NCBI GenBank assembly: GCA_964016885.1
Contig: OZ024753.1
Coordinates: forward strand, 5,084,001 to 5,148,000
Direction: 5' to 3'
Length of the DNA stretch: 64,000 nt
Origin: Eledone cirrhosa
Lineage: Eukaryota
Under the pieces are notes generated by a model. The model did not search any database. It saw only the letters and a list, made by a program, of their open reading frames with translations, and had not been told where the DNA came from. Position numbers and translations under genes: made by a program. Positions 35,957-49,600 of the stretch are shown here, one piece after another. Position 1 is the stretch's first letter, and each line of letters opens with the position of its first letter.

Positions 35957-38498
35957 CATTCATTCATTTCATTTCATTTTACGTCCGCTTTTTCCCTGCT
36001 TGCAAGGGTGGGACGGGAACTGATTCTGGCTTGATTTCTACAGCTGGATGCCCTTCCTAACACCAACCTTATTTACAGTGAGTGCTGGGTGCTTTTTTGC
36101 CGTGGCGCCTCCACTACCACTTTGCAGTGGAATGATAGGGACCCCAGTCCCTAACATCTCATTTCTACAGCTGAATAAACTGGAGCAATGTGAAGTAAAG
36201 TGTCTTGCTCAAGGAAACAACACATCACCCGGTCTGAGAATTGAACTCACAACCTTTCAATTGCAAGGCCAATGCTCTAACCACTAAGCCATGTGCCTCC
36301 ATATATATATATATATAGTACAGTAGCTAGAGTCAGAACGGGATGGAAAAAGTTCAGAGAGCTTATACCGCTGTTGGCCACAAAAGGTTTCTCTCTAAAA
36401 TTGAAAGGCAGATTGTATGATGCCTGTATACGAACAGCAATGCTACATGGCAGTGAGACATGGGCATTACGTGCAGAGGACCTGCGTAGACTGGAAAGGA
36501 ACGAAGCATGCATGCTCCGTTGGATGTGTAATAGTAATATATGTGAACGGCAAAGCATAAATGAACTAAGTGAGAAATTAGGAATAAGAGGGATCAGATG
36601 CTTTTTACTTGAGAGAAGACTATGTTGGTATGATCACGTGATGCGCATGAAAGACGACAGCTGCATAAAAAAGTGCAGGGCGATCAAAAGTGATGGTAGT
36701 TACGGAGTAGGTAGACCCAGAAAAACCTGGGATGATCTGATAAATTCCGACCTCACACACTTATATCTCTCTAAGACAATGTCTCTGGACTGAGACCTTT
36801 GGCGCTACGCAGTAATACAGAAGACCTGCCTTGCCTATGTACAAAGCGAAACCTACAGTCAGTAGGCACCTCTTAACCAAATATACACCCCAATCTACTA
36901 CCCCTACCCTATCCTCCCACTCCCACCAACAGCACGAGAAAATGAGATCGAGTTCGTATAGGTGTCATGACAAAAAACACACAGTCCACGCTGTAATGTG
37001 GTCGTGTAGGTAACACGGTAAAAAGTTCCCAGTCCCACACTGTAAATGTGGTTGGTGTTAGGAAGGGCATCCAGCCGTAGAAAACCTGCCAGATAGTCCT
37101 ATATGAGCGAGACACAGTCACCCGACCAGCCTTGCCTCAAGTGGGACAACTCCCGTCTAACCCATGCTAGCCTGGAAAACGGACGTTAAACGAAGATGAT
37201 GATGATGATATATATATATATATAGTTCTGTATGAGCAAGACATAGTCACCTGACCTGGCATTTCTCACAACAAGACAACTTGTCTAACCCATACTAGTA
37301 TGGAAAAATGGACGTTAAACAGTGATGATGATGATGATGTGCATGTGAATCCCCAGTTCAATCAGGGGTAACCACAGTAAGTAAGGTACTCAATACATAG
37401 TAGAGTATATATAAGATTTAATATAGAAATGACTTCTACAGGATTAGAACTATTTCATTCGAAGGAAATCATCAGGAAAGGCTTTCCTGTAGAAGCCATT
37501 TCTATATTGAATCTTATATATACATATATATATATCATATATTCAGTAGTATACAAAGGTTTAGTTGTGTTGTTAGCAGCTATGAGGGATAAACAAAATC
37601 AAGAAAATATAGAATTCCTCAACTTACATCTTCAGTGACATGTCGAGATAGATTTTTGATATAAAGTCGACTTGATGGTTCCCCAGGCTGATAGTTTTTG
37701 AAAACTGACAGTTCCTTCATTTCTATAATTAAAAGGATGAAATATGTTTATTTAATTAATCAATTTGATGTGTGAGTGTGTGTGTGGTTGTTTGTGTGTA
37801 GTTGCGTGTGTGTATGTGAGTGTGTGCAAAGACAGTGAATTGGTAAAGTCATTAGAATATCGGATAGAATGCTTTGCTCTCTCAGTTCAAATCCTGCCAA
37901 TGTCAACTTTGTCTTTCATCCATTCAGGGTTGATAAAAAAAGTACCAGTCTAGTACTGGGCAATTTTGTTTAGGTTGGTATAGAAATATTTAATAGCAAA
38001 GTCTCATGAGGGTTTAAACAATAAAACCCTAATATAAGTGATGATCAGGATAAAAATAATATTTCAAGCAAGTTTATTTATTCAAACGTGAAATGTTGGT
38101 GGAAAAGAAAAAAATACATTTCACCCTTTAGCATTTAAACTGGCCATATCCAGCCAGAATTCTCTCACGTCTTTCTTTTCAAACCAGCTGTAACGGGCTA
38201 CTCATACTGATTCGATATTATGTGAGATAATTATGTGAGGTAAAGCTTTACTGCAAAAATTCTATAGTAAATATAGAGTAATATAAATGCTAAAGGGTTA
38301 ATTTGAATAAAATGGTGCCTCTCTTTCCTTGATGTCCTAAACACGTTTATTTGACTTAACGGTTAATCTAGCCATAGCAAAATCTCTAACCTTTTGAAGA
38401 TATCCTTCCTTGTCGGAGTTTCTCAGTTGATACAAACTGAGTATTCTTGAATTTATCATCTTCTATCTCTTCAGCAGGTAAATTGGGCTGAAGATAAA

Positions 38499-38557
<59 letters not shown>

Positions 38558-40915
38558 TATAGATATATACATATATATCTATACATAAAAACAAAATGGT
38601 TAAAAATTCCAGAATCTTCAGGAGATAAATTAACATTTTATAGCAATTTAAATACAGATAAAATGTGGAGAAATTAAATGAAAGTTTGGTAATTAGGAAG
38701 GAAGACAAGACCCTGATCCCATCAGGGATGTGGCCTTGCTCAATATGTAGTAATAAAAACAGGAGTAGAAAACAAAATGTTAAGAAAAATATTTACCTTT
38801 TCTAAAGGTGCAATCTTACCAAAACCTGAAGAATTCTGTTCCATGTCTGTGGCTTCATTTCTTTTAGGTATGTCTAGTGAAAAAAGAAGAAGTTTTAAAT
38901 AATTGTTTCTACTTTTGGCACAAGGCCAGCAATTACCCCAGTGCATTACTGGTGCTTTATTTTATTGACCCCGTAAGGATGAAAGGCAAAGCTAACCTCG
39001 ATGGGATTTGAACTCAGACCGTAAAGGTTCGTTACTCTATGCTGCAAAGCAAGGTGTCTGACGATACTGCTAATCCATCACCCTTTTAAATAATGGAGCT
39101 AACAAGAACCAAAATATCAGAAAGATTGAAAATCTTGAAAAAATATAAAAATAGAAAATTGAGTATAAAGAATGGTGTACTCATATGTGAAGATACTATA
39201 AATTAGAGTGAAGACCCTTAAAGATGGAATAAAAAGTAGAAAGTAGAAATATGGGAATATCACACTGGAAGAATATCATATCACACAAAGTGGTTTTGAC
39301 TGTCATATAAATTTTGTCACCAGTGTTGACAGGAACAAAGTGTAATGAAGTGCCTTGCTCAAGAGCTAGTCTTGGAATTGAACTCACAACTTTACAATTC
39401 TGAGACCAACACCCTAAACACTAGGCCATGTAACAACACCCTAAGTATGGCTTGATATCTTGAAAGGTCTTAAAAGGTCCAGAAGGATAATGTGTACCTG
39501 TGCAAAACGAAATGAAGTGCCTTGCTCAAAATTACAATGCATCAGCTAGTCCCAAAATTGAACCCACAACTTTACAATTGTGAAAACAACACCCTAAACA
39601 CAAGGCTACATTCTAAGTATGGCTTGATACCATAAAAGGATTAATTAATGTGTACCTGTGTCCATATCTGTTGTTAAATCTCCAGTAGTATCTTCAACAG
39701 CAACTGTATCAGGTAACTTGATGGAGATTTTCTTTGGCTGTAGATGTGCTGCTTGATCAAAGACATCACGAGCTGAATATGCTGGTAATGTTGATGGTAG
39801 TTTAATACATTCTTCCATACTCTGCTTTAAGGTGTTCCAGTCTCGGTTCAGTTTTTTCTTCTTTTTCTTCTTTAGAACCTGCTTTCTTGAGGGTTCCACC
39901 ATGTGAGTCGGTCTGTTAAGAAACAAATGGAAAGGTTAATAAAAAATTGCTATCACCCCCATTATTATAGCCAGCTATATAACCTCTTAGCATTTACGCC
40001 GAAGCTGAAGCATATATACAGTATGCCCTGCCCACATCACCCCACCCAGCCACTGTATAGGGGTCGTGTAAGTATGATGATGAAAAGCACCCAGCCCACT
40101 CTGTACAGTGGTCGTGTAGGTGTCACATCAAAAAGTACCCAGCCCACACTGTAAAGTGGTCGTGTAGGTGTCGCATCAAAAACTACCCAGCCCACACTGT
40201 AAAACGGTCGTTTAGGTGTCACAAAAAAAGCACCCAGTACTCACTGTAAATGAGGATGAGGGATAGGAGGAGGAGACAATAACAGTAAAAACAATGATCA
40301 TACCTGTGACCATCAGAATCTGATTCTAACTCAGATTCTTCAGTTGTCGATACATCCATTTCTTCCATACTTAAATTATCTTTTTCTTGCGGTCCACTGT
40401 CATTTGGCTGGAATAATCAGATAATACACAGATGTCATATATATATAACACTTTATCACAGATATATATAACACTTTATCACAGATATATATAACACTTT
40501 ATCACAGATATATATAACTGTTTATCACAGATATATATAACTGTTTATCACAGATATATATAACAGTTAATCACAGATATAACTTTTTATCACAGATATA
40601 TATATATATATAACAGTTTACCACAGATATAACTTTATCACAGATATATATAACTGTTTATCACAGATATATATAACTGTTTATCACAGATATATATATA
40701 TAATAGTTTATTACAGATATAATAGTTTATCACAGATATAACAGTTTATCACAGATATACATAACTGTTTATCACAGATATATATAACAGTTAATCACAG
40801 ATATAACTTTTTATCACAGATATATATATATATATAACAGTTTACCACAGATATAACTTTATCACAGATATATATATATATAACAGTTTATCACAGATAT
40901 AACTTTTTATCACAG

Positions 40916-40946
<31 letters not shown>

Positions 40947-41069
40947 ATGTAGGAGGTGAGTTTTATTGTAGTACAATAAAGCAATGCAGATATCGGATAA
41001 GAAGCACTCTACAGTTTGTAGGACTGGAGTATACATAATATATAAGATCCTTTAACCATCTTTTGATCT

Positions 41070-41100
<31 letters not shown>

Positions 41101-41131
41101 ACAGTTTACCACAGATATAACTTTATCACAG

Positions 41132-41162
<31 letters not shown>

Positions 41163-43493
41163 ACAGTTTATCGTGGATATAACAGTTTATTACAGATATG
41201 ACACTGCATCACATATATAACAGTTTATTACAGAATAACAGTTTATTATAGATATAACAATTTAATGTAGATATGATACTATATTAAATGAAGAACTTGG
41301 TAAATAAATGGTTAGCTTCTGAGTCAAAGAATAACCTGAGATCTATTTTGTCTGAGTCTGCAAGAACACTGTGGTTTGGTGAACAATGTGTATGCCAAAG
41401 TTACTTGGTTACTGCCAAGATGCATCCTTAACTAATATATGGAGATTCAAAGACTGGAGTTGCAAGTAAGCATTTTAACCAAATTCTTACTCCTTTCTAT
41501 AGAATTATTAGATACTTAGGCTAGCCTTCCCATTTCACAGTTTAAATCAGAGGTTCTCAAAGTGGGCGGTGCCCCCTGGAGGAGGGGGCATTGAGAAGGT
41601 CCAGGGGGGCACCGCTAGGGCCTAAGGTGGCAGTGGAGGGGCAGTAGAGATGATATAATAGTATATTAGATATTAAATAATACATACTATATACAAATAT
41701 AGTAAAATAAAAAATATATAATATTTATTTATATTATATTATTTATTATATATTATTTACAATTTGCGTGTAGGCAGATCTCTCTGGAAATAGGGTTGGG
41801 GTGCTGAGGGTATTACATGACTATGAGGTGGGCGGTGGCCCAAGAAGTTTGAGGACCTCTGGTTTGAATAAACAATAGTTTGCTGAAATATCAAAGTTAT
41901 TTCTAATAGAATTATAATAAAAGTTAGACTCTACAGATGTATTGAGTTCTTTATTCAGACAATGTGTAAGATGACTACAAAATAAGTTTACTTACAATTG
42001 GTGGAGTTTGATTAACACTTCCAAATGGTGCAGGAATATTCATTTTGTTCATTAAATGAAGAACCTGGTAAATAAATGTTTAGCTTTCAGAAAATATCAA
42101 GAAAAATTTGAGATCAGCTACAAAATACAATAAATTTTATTTGTGGAATATATCCTGTAAATACAGTTTAATAGAAAAAGAAAAAAAGAAAATTTAGATT
42201 GAGAAGAATGGAATGTAGAATAGGAAAATATAAAGAAAAAAAAACAGAAAATGGAGGGAATGGTAAGGACTCTAGTGTCATAGAAGAATGGAGAGAGGGT
42301 GATGATTGGACTCTGGGCCTAAGGCACGGCAATAAAGTGGCTGTGCCCCACAAACATGACTACAAAAGCATTCCCATGGACAATGGCCAGCAACACCTAC
42401 TACAACAGCCATCCCACCTCGCAGGGCTCCTTTCTCAGACAGGCCACTGACATTCCGATCTTGCAGAGGAGCTTGACTGTACAGGGTCCAAGTACACCTG
42501 AGGTCTCAACGTCAACCGGTGTGAAGAGGAAGTGGCTGGACATATTTTGGTTGTTGTTGTTGTTGTTTTGTCCCAAATCAAACTTGATTAATAAAAACAA
42601 TTCTCAGTAAACTAATTCTAAATATTCACAGTCAACAAAGAGAAAAGATTTCTGAGGCTGTTTTCATACCTGTACATAGAACTTTGGACATGCTGCTAAA
42701 GCATTAGCAATATTGGTAAGAATTGATACAGTTGGTGGTGGGTATATGTAACTGAGACGAGGGTTAGCACAATACTGGATACTGGAAAATAATATAATAT
42801 AACTAGCTGTTATTGAGAATGGATCTGGTATATAAACTGTTATTTATACACTTAACAATTCAAACAGGTACAGCATATGTGGTATATATAGCCTTCAATA
42901 TATACAGCATATACAATATATATATAAGATTATCATTAAAAAAGATGCTGATATTACATAAATCGTTTATTCATTATAATTATTTCAATGGTTCCCTTAT
43001 GCAATCCACGATGTAATGCATGCATTTGTTTTTGGTATGGGAATGGTATCTTCAGATGAAAATCTGATTATGTGATATGCCGCAGGCAAAAAAATCATGT
43101 CCTTCTTGTGTGCCCGGTAAATATATATATATATACACACACATACATGCATATATATTGTAAATGGGAGGTACAGGGTTCGATTCTCTGTGGCAGCTGC
43201 TGGCTACATTTTCCATCTACAGGAGTATTTTTACCTACTTTTCTAAGCTGTGTTCATAGCCATTTCTTTCATTCAAGATTTTCTTGAATGAAACATATAT
43301 ATCATCATCATCATTTTAAACATATATATCATCATCATTTTAATGTCCATTTTTCCACCCTTGCATGGGTTGGACCATACTGTTCATGTTTTGGCAGGAT
43401 TTTTCTGGCTAGATGCCCTTCCTATCACCAACCACCTTACAGTGTGGATTGGGTGCATTATTCATGCCTTCACATATATATATATATATATAC

Positions 43494-43543
<50 letters not shown>

Positions 43544-45249
43544 ATATATATTATTTAGCCAACATGTGTAGGCAGAGGGGAAGGAGTGATGGCTAGCAGC
43601 TCAGAAGGGGTTGTGGAGGGAGAAGTAAATTCAAAGAAAGTAGATTACATGTGAAATGTTTTCAACAGCTAAAACATGGCGGCAAGTAAAATATGGTTGA
43701 AATCCTCCCAATAACACAACTTACCCCCATTTCAAATAGGCCTCATCAATATGAGGCTTCGGTTCAAAGGTTTTCTGCTTTGCTTCTTGTTTAGAATTTC
43801 TTTTGTCATCCTTCTGAGGTTTTCTATCAAACAACAATAAATAAATTGTCATTAAAATAAATTACTGACAAATATCATATAAACTTAAATATAAGCCGAC
43901 CCCTTCACCCGTCCTTCAATCTTTTGGTCACATAAGTATACAGATATAATAAAACTATGAGATAGAAGGTATATAAAATAATAAAACTACAAGAGGGTAC
44001 AAGAGTGTTACCTACCTTTCATTATCAATAAATTTTGGAAAGTGTTCCTGTTGAGATTTTCGAGAAAATTCCACAACAAGTTTCTTATCAAATACCTCCA
44101 ATTGGTGAAGTCTTCCTAATGCCTGCAAAATAGAGTAGAACAGTTTTGACACATCATCCTCATCATCATTAGCTGTACATTTTTTATGCTGGCATGGGTT
44201 TGACAGGTTGTCACGGCCCAAGACCCAATGACATATAAAGTAACATAATGGCATGGGTTTGACAGGTTGTCACGGCCCAAGACCCAATGACATATAAAGT
44301 AACATAATGGCATGGGTTTGACAGGTTGTCACGGCCCAAGACCCAATGACATATAAAGTAACATAATGGCATGGGTTTGACAGGTTGTTGCAGCCCAAGA
44401 CTACATAACATATAGAGTAAAATAACAAAACCTTAAACAGAAAAATATATAATTTGATACTGTAAACTTACATTTTGGGCAGCTTTTTCATCATGAAATG
44501 TTGCAAAGGCAGAATGTTTCTGTAAAAAACAAGAAAAGTGTAAATATTTTTGAATCTAAAAGGAAAGTGTAAAGCTAGATTACAAAATAATCTTTTAATG
44601 ATATACAGTGAGAATTTTGCAATTAAAATGAAGAATTTTTTTATAGCTTGGTCAGCAGGAAAAAGGCGATGCCCCTAACTGGTTCAGGGTCTCCTTTGCT
44701 TAGTTATAATCACACATCATCATCATCATTTAACGTCTATTTTCCACGTTTGTATAAATTAGATGGATTGTCACATTATGAGACAAGTCAGGTCTGGAAG
44801 CTGCGCTCAGACAGATCTATATTTTAGCTTGGTTTCTATGGCTGGATGCCCTACCTAAAAGCATGTTACAGTGTGTAGTGGGTGCTTGGTGTCTGTGGCT
44901 GGATGCCCTTTCTAACACCAACCACTTTGCGGTGTGGATTGGGTGCTTGGTTTTTATGGCTGGATGTCCTTCCTAAAACCAACCATGTTACAGTGTGTAC
45001 TGGGTGCTTGGTTTTTATGGCTGGATGTCCTTCCTAAAACCAACCACATCACAGTGTGGACTTCAGTGATTTTTATATGAAGCTGACTACCTGGTAAAGT
45101 GATATAGAAATAGTTGAAACACACACCATTGAATTACCTAATACTTTAACTCTGATGGCTCCAAAATGAAAGAGCAAGTCTTCTTTCTCTTCATTGGTGA
45201 GCTGGGATGGTAAATGCCTCACCAGCAATGTGCTGTTTACGTCAGCCAT
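33918..45249 (-). CDS. RNPC3: RNA-binding region-containing protein 3 (U11/U12 snRNP 65 kDa protein), about 474 aa
   Basis: Exons 45127-45249, 44472-44519, 44016-44122, 43725-43823, 42670-42781, 41996-42064, 40304-40407, 39656-39912, 38797-38873, 38391-38487, 37628-37722, 35476-35534, 34830-34962, 33918-33962 sum to 1425 nt in frame. RRM1 TLLVRHLPSQLTNEEKEDLL..KHSAFATF; YPPPTVSILTNIANAL..KFYVQVLHLMNKMNIPAPFG; RRM2 RLYIKNL..MQEGRIRGQAFITLP..PMVVQFARSAK. Confidence 0.96.
33963..34829 (-). other. U12-type GT-AG intron (last coding intron of RNPC3)
   Basis: 5' site GTATCCTTAT (34820-34829). Branch site CCCTTAAC (33973-33980) ends 10 nt before the 3' end. Joins PMVV to QFARSAK. Confidence 0.92.
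34495..34810 (+). mobile_element. Two tandem SINE copies inside the RNPC3 U12 intron
   Basis: Truncated copy 34495-34580 and full copy 34583-34810, ending about 10 nt from the U12 5' splice-site motif. Confidence 0.8.
36317..36830 (+). mobile_element. RTE-like LINE 3' fragment
   Basis: ARVRTGWKKFREL..KGRLYDACIRTAMLHGSETW..RRLCWYDHVMR..GRPRKTW. Confidence 0.85.
40425..41270. repeat. Minisatellite ATCACAGATATATAAC.GTTT in an RNPC3 intron
   Basis: Many 20-30 nt units; interrupted by a short family A element at 40950-41079. Confidence 0.9.
41548..41861. mobile_element. hAT-type MITE
   Basis: TIRs CAGAGGTTCTCAAA / TTTGAGGACCTCTG; 8-bp TSD GTTTAAAT / GTTTGAAT. Confidence 0.8.
42148..42530 (-). 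mobile_element. CRE-like retrotransposon 3' end (decayed) in an RNPC3 intron
   Basis: PVDVETSGVLGP..EPCEVGWLL..VHGNAF; shares its 3' tail with the copy at 26958-27210. Confidence 0.75.
44191..44410. repeat. 59-bp tandem repeat, about 3.7 copies
   Basis: Units start at 44191, 44250, 44309, 44368. Confidence 0.95.
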
Positions 45250-46121
45250 TTCTTATATGTTGAAATGAAACTGATCTGAAAATTAATAAAGATAATGTCA
45301 GTATTATTGTTTACAAACTAAGAACTATAAAAAAAAGAGGAGAGGAGAGCAATAACTAAAGAAAAAAATAATTTTATTAACATTAAAAAAGACGAAAACA
45401 AAAAAAAGCAAGGGAGGTAATCCATTTTAAGGGATAATTTTTAGCGACCTAAAATTTGCTTTGTTATTCTCGAAAAATTATTTAGAGCATTGTATATCAG
45501 AGCACTTTATATTTAAAAAAAAGTGCATAATATAATTAATATAATATAATATATAGTGTGATAACCCAATATTTCCTCTCTTTACAGTACACTAATATAA
45601 TAATTATTCTTTTGTTTGAATCAGTTTATCATGATTTTTATGAGAAAATAAGTACACTTGTGGAAATAAATGAGAAAATTATAATTGATTAATACTAAAA
45701 CCATTGTATTAACCTGTTATGAAATTTCCTACTATTTTCTCATAAATAGAACCTATCAAGTTTACTACATAAAATGTTATCAATCGCACTTAACTTTTCA
45801 CAAGGACACAAAACAAAAAATAAATAATAAAGAAAAATTCGGAAAAGATGTACATTATTTAGTATATTTAAGATTTAATATTAGTGTATGTATGGAATTA
45901 ACATTTTTCTACGACAATTTAAAAAAAATTAATTAATTATCCTGGTAAATAAATGCCGTTAAAAATATATTGTATATTAATTCTTTACATGCGCATGAGG
46001 CATGCTTAGCGTATCTCATGTAATCTTTAGTTGAATTAGAACATGGAAACACAATTTTAAATAGATTTTTACTTTTTGCCACTTCATTGAAATATATTCT
46101 CATCTAGATAAACTAACCTAC

Positions 46122-46693
46122 CAGTTCTTCACAGAATCTAGAAATAAATTTAATCTTCCGTTTGTTCATGAACTGTCATTTATCGGCCATTTTCTATTAC
46201 AACATGCGGCTTTAAACAGACCATTATTTTACATTGACATGGAGCGGTAGATTGGCAGTATCGATAGAGCGTCAGAAACTATGCTTTGCAGCATAGAGTT
46301 ATGGCTCTTTACGTTCTAAGTTCAAACCTCACCAAGATTAGCTTTGCCTTTCATTCTTACGGGGTCGATAAAAATAAAAGCACCAGTAATGCACTGGAGT
46401 AATTGCTGGCCTTGTGCCAAAAGTAGAAAATTATTTTACATTGACATTAACTGTGGGGGAAAATAATTGATGGCTTTTTGCTTTTTAACTGAGTAATGTA
46501 GTTATTATCTTATTTGTGTAGCTATTATTTTAATAATCGAACGATGCTGTTGATTATTTTAATAAATTATAAATATAAGAATAATACAATTCGTAACGTA
46601 ATGACGAAATTGTTCAAGTGAAAATCCGAATGATGTTCTTTGTGCAATACTGGTAACCATAGACTGTTGTTTAGTATCAGCAATAAATACAAC
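46122..46693. promoter_or_regulatory. Probable bidirectional promoter / 5' region shared by RNPC3 and COPS8
   Basis: Divergent ATGs 1.44 kb apart. A putative RNPC3 5'UTR exon has donor CTG/GTAGGT at 46120-46121 and acceptor TTTCAG at 45276-45277. Confidence 0.55.
46241..46429 (+). mobile_element. tRNA-derived SINE, full length, with 18-bp target-site duplication
   Basis: A-box TGGCAGTATCG, B-box GTTCAAACC, conserved centre GCCTTTCAT.CTTACGGGGTCGATAAA. TSD ATTATTTTACATTGACAT at 46223-46240 and 46430-46447. Confidence 0.85.
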
Positions 46694-49600
46694 ATGGCTT
46701 CTGTCGAATACGACACGAAAACCGTGGAGAATTTAGAACTCCAAGAGCTGGAAGTAAGTGTCATATCTTTTACAGATTATATATTTGCTATGAAATCTAA
46801 TTAAATTATTTCCTGTGAGACTTGTTTTTACTAATAATGGAGTCAAAAAGGTTTGCAATCACTTCGTCTTTGTGAGTAGTTGTCATAAAACAAGTCATTG
46901 TTGATGTTCTTTAAATGAAAAAAAAAAGAACGTGAAAATTATGTTTTGTATATTATCTCCCACATTTCATATCATTCAGTGTTTTTCAGATCATTTAACA
47001 ACAGTGTAATACTGGTATTATGTAGTGTTTTAACATCCGCCAACATTTATTGTAGATATTAAAAAATAGGCAACAAAAAAGTTGCTAATATTACCAATTT
47101 TAGTTGATAATTATATATTTTAACTGTCTGATATTTATTAATTATATATATATATCCCGCCGAGGTTAACTTTACCTTTCATCCTTACAGGGTCGATTAA
47201 ATAAAGTACCAGTAATGTACTGGGTAATTGCTGGCCTTGTGCCTGAAGTAGAAACAATTATATATATATAATTAGAGAGTTGGGGGCCTCACGGCTGAGC
47301 CGCTGTCAAAGCGGCAAGAGCTCAGCCGTCGGGCTCTGACTTTAATGTATTAACACTCTACTAGTAATGGTCTTACTAGTTTAAAACTGGTGAAATTCTC
47401 ATATTTATATATATATATATATATTGCTCCATTGGCTTCGTTCGACATTACAAAACCGGTGTATAAGATTATTATACATTTTATATATTGATATATATAT
47501 ATATTCAGTGTATGTTACCAAAATGGAAATTTGTGTTGGATTAATTATTCACACCTGTAGCCCCCTCCCCCCTTAAATTAATGACTCGTACAGGACTAGG
47601 TATGTTGCTTTCTCTGCCGAATACTTTGCTTTACGTTGTGGTTCTCTATTTTAAACTGATGGAATATATATATTTTTAACTATAAATGTTTTCATTCTTT
47701 AAGATTATATATATATACTAGCTGGCCCCGAACCGTCAAAAATGGTTCCTTCCCGCTCACTCACACAAGTGATACAAATATACAAACACACCGCTGTGAC
47801 GAATCTTAGAATGCTGAACTTCTATAGTTTCTCATCTCCAACTCTTCCCTCAGCAATCACATAGAAATGTGTGTATTAGACATCTCTTCCTTCTTCAGTC
47901 ATCTCTAGTGTGTGACGAACAAATGCACAAGGCTATTATATTAGTGTGTATATATATATATAAAAGATTTCTTCAGCCAATTTTGTCAGTTAGCAATACC
48001 TGTCTACTGTTGTAAATTTATCAATTGGCAATATCTGTCTACTCTTGTCATAATTAAAATATTTTATTTGTTCTCTGTTGCAGTCACCGTGTGGAATTGC
48101 TACTCCTCAACTCTATACTCAATTATTAGGAGTCTATCTTCTTAGGAATGATCTGTAAGTTTGTCTTATTTTATAGTAGATAAATTCATGCATTATTTAG
48201 TAATGACCGCAGTGCATTACTGGTGCTTTATTTTATTGACCCCATAAGGTTGAAAGGCTGAGGTTAACTTTGCCTTTCATCGTTACGGGTCTATAAAATA
48301 AAGCACCACTAATGTACTGGTTGTAATTGCTGGCCTTGTGCCAAAAGTAGAAACAATTATTTAGTACTTTGTTTCAAATGAATTATATATGTATATTATT
48401 TTATTTCAGGTGTAATGCAAAGTTTTTATGGAAAAGAATCCCTCCATCAATTAAATCTGTAAGTAGATGTCAAATGTAGACATTTCTTTTCATTTTTGTA
48501 TTGGAAGTTTATCGGGCACAGGCTGAAGCTGAAGCATATATTTTGTATGCACACCCCCATACATCTCCCTTTATTGCAACAATAAAAAGTGCCCAGCTTC
48601 CACTGTAAAATGGTTGTGTAGGTGTCATGGCAAAAAGCACCCACTCCACACTATAAAGTGGTCATGTTGGTGACACGGCAAAAAGCACCCAGTCCACACT
48701 AAATGTGGTTGTGTAGGCGTCACAACAAAAAGCACCCAGTACTCACTGTAAATGAGGTTGGCGTTAGGAAGGGCATCCAACTAGAAATCAAGCCAAAATC
48801 AGTACTATATGAGTCACCTGACTTGGCATTGCCTACAACTGGACAGCTCATCTAATTCATGCAAGCATGGAAAAATGTACATTAAACGGTGATGATGATA
48901 TATATACATAAATATATCATCATCATTATCTCTTTTATGTGAACCTCTCCAGGCTGGTATGGGTTTGGCGGGACTTTTTGAAAAAAATCCTAGTATATGA
49001 CATTAATAAAAGCCAAGGAACTAGTGGCTAGGGCATTGACCTCATAATCATGAGATTGTGAGTTCAATTCCACCTTTTTTTCTTGAGCTATAAGATTATA
49101 ACGCTATATGTAGGCTAGCTGGTCCCGTGCTGTCAAAGATTGCAGCTAATTGTAATACCTATACATAATATAAAAAAGAGATGTCGGTTGGTTCCTTTGC
49201 ACTCACACAAGTGATACAAACATACAAACACACAGCTGTGATGAATCTTAGAACGCTGGACTTCTATAGTTTCTCACCTCCCCTTCCTCAGTCATCGTAT
49301 AGATGTGTGTGTGTGTATTAGACACCCCTTCTTTCCTTAGTCGATGTAATTACCCCTTCCTTCCTCAGTCATCTCTAGTGGGTGATGGACAAATACACAA
49401 GGCTATTATATTAGTAGATGCTCATGTCCTTTCCTCGTAACTATATTGTTCAAAATTACTTCTAAATAATGATGGAATTTTTATTATTATTTTTCCTTGA
49501 AGAGTCATCCAGAGCTTGGCCATATGTGGGTAGTAGGGCAGAAAATGTGGCAGCGAGATTTCCCTGGCATCTACGAAGTTTTAAAAAGAGAATGGCCTGA

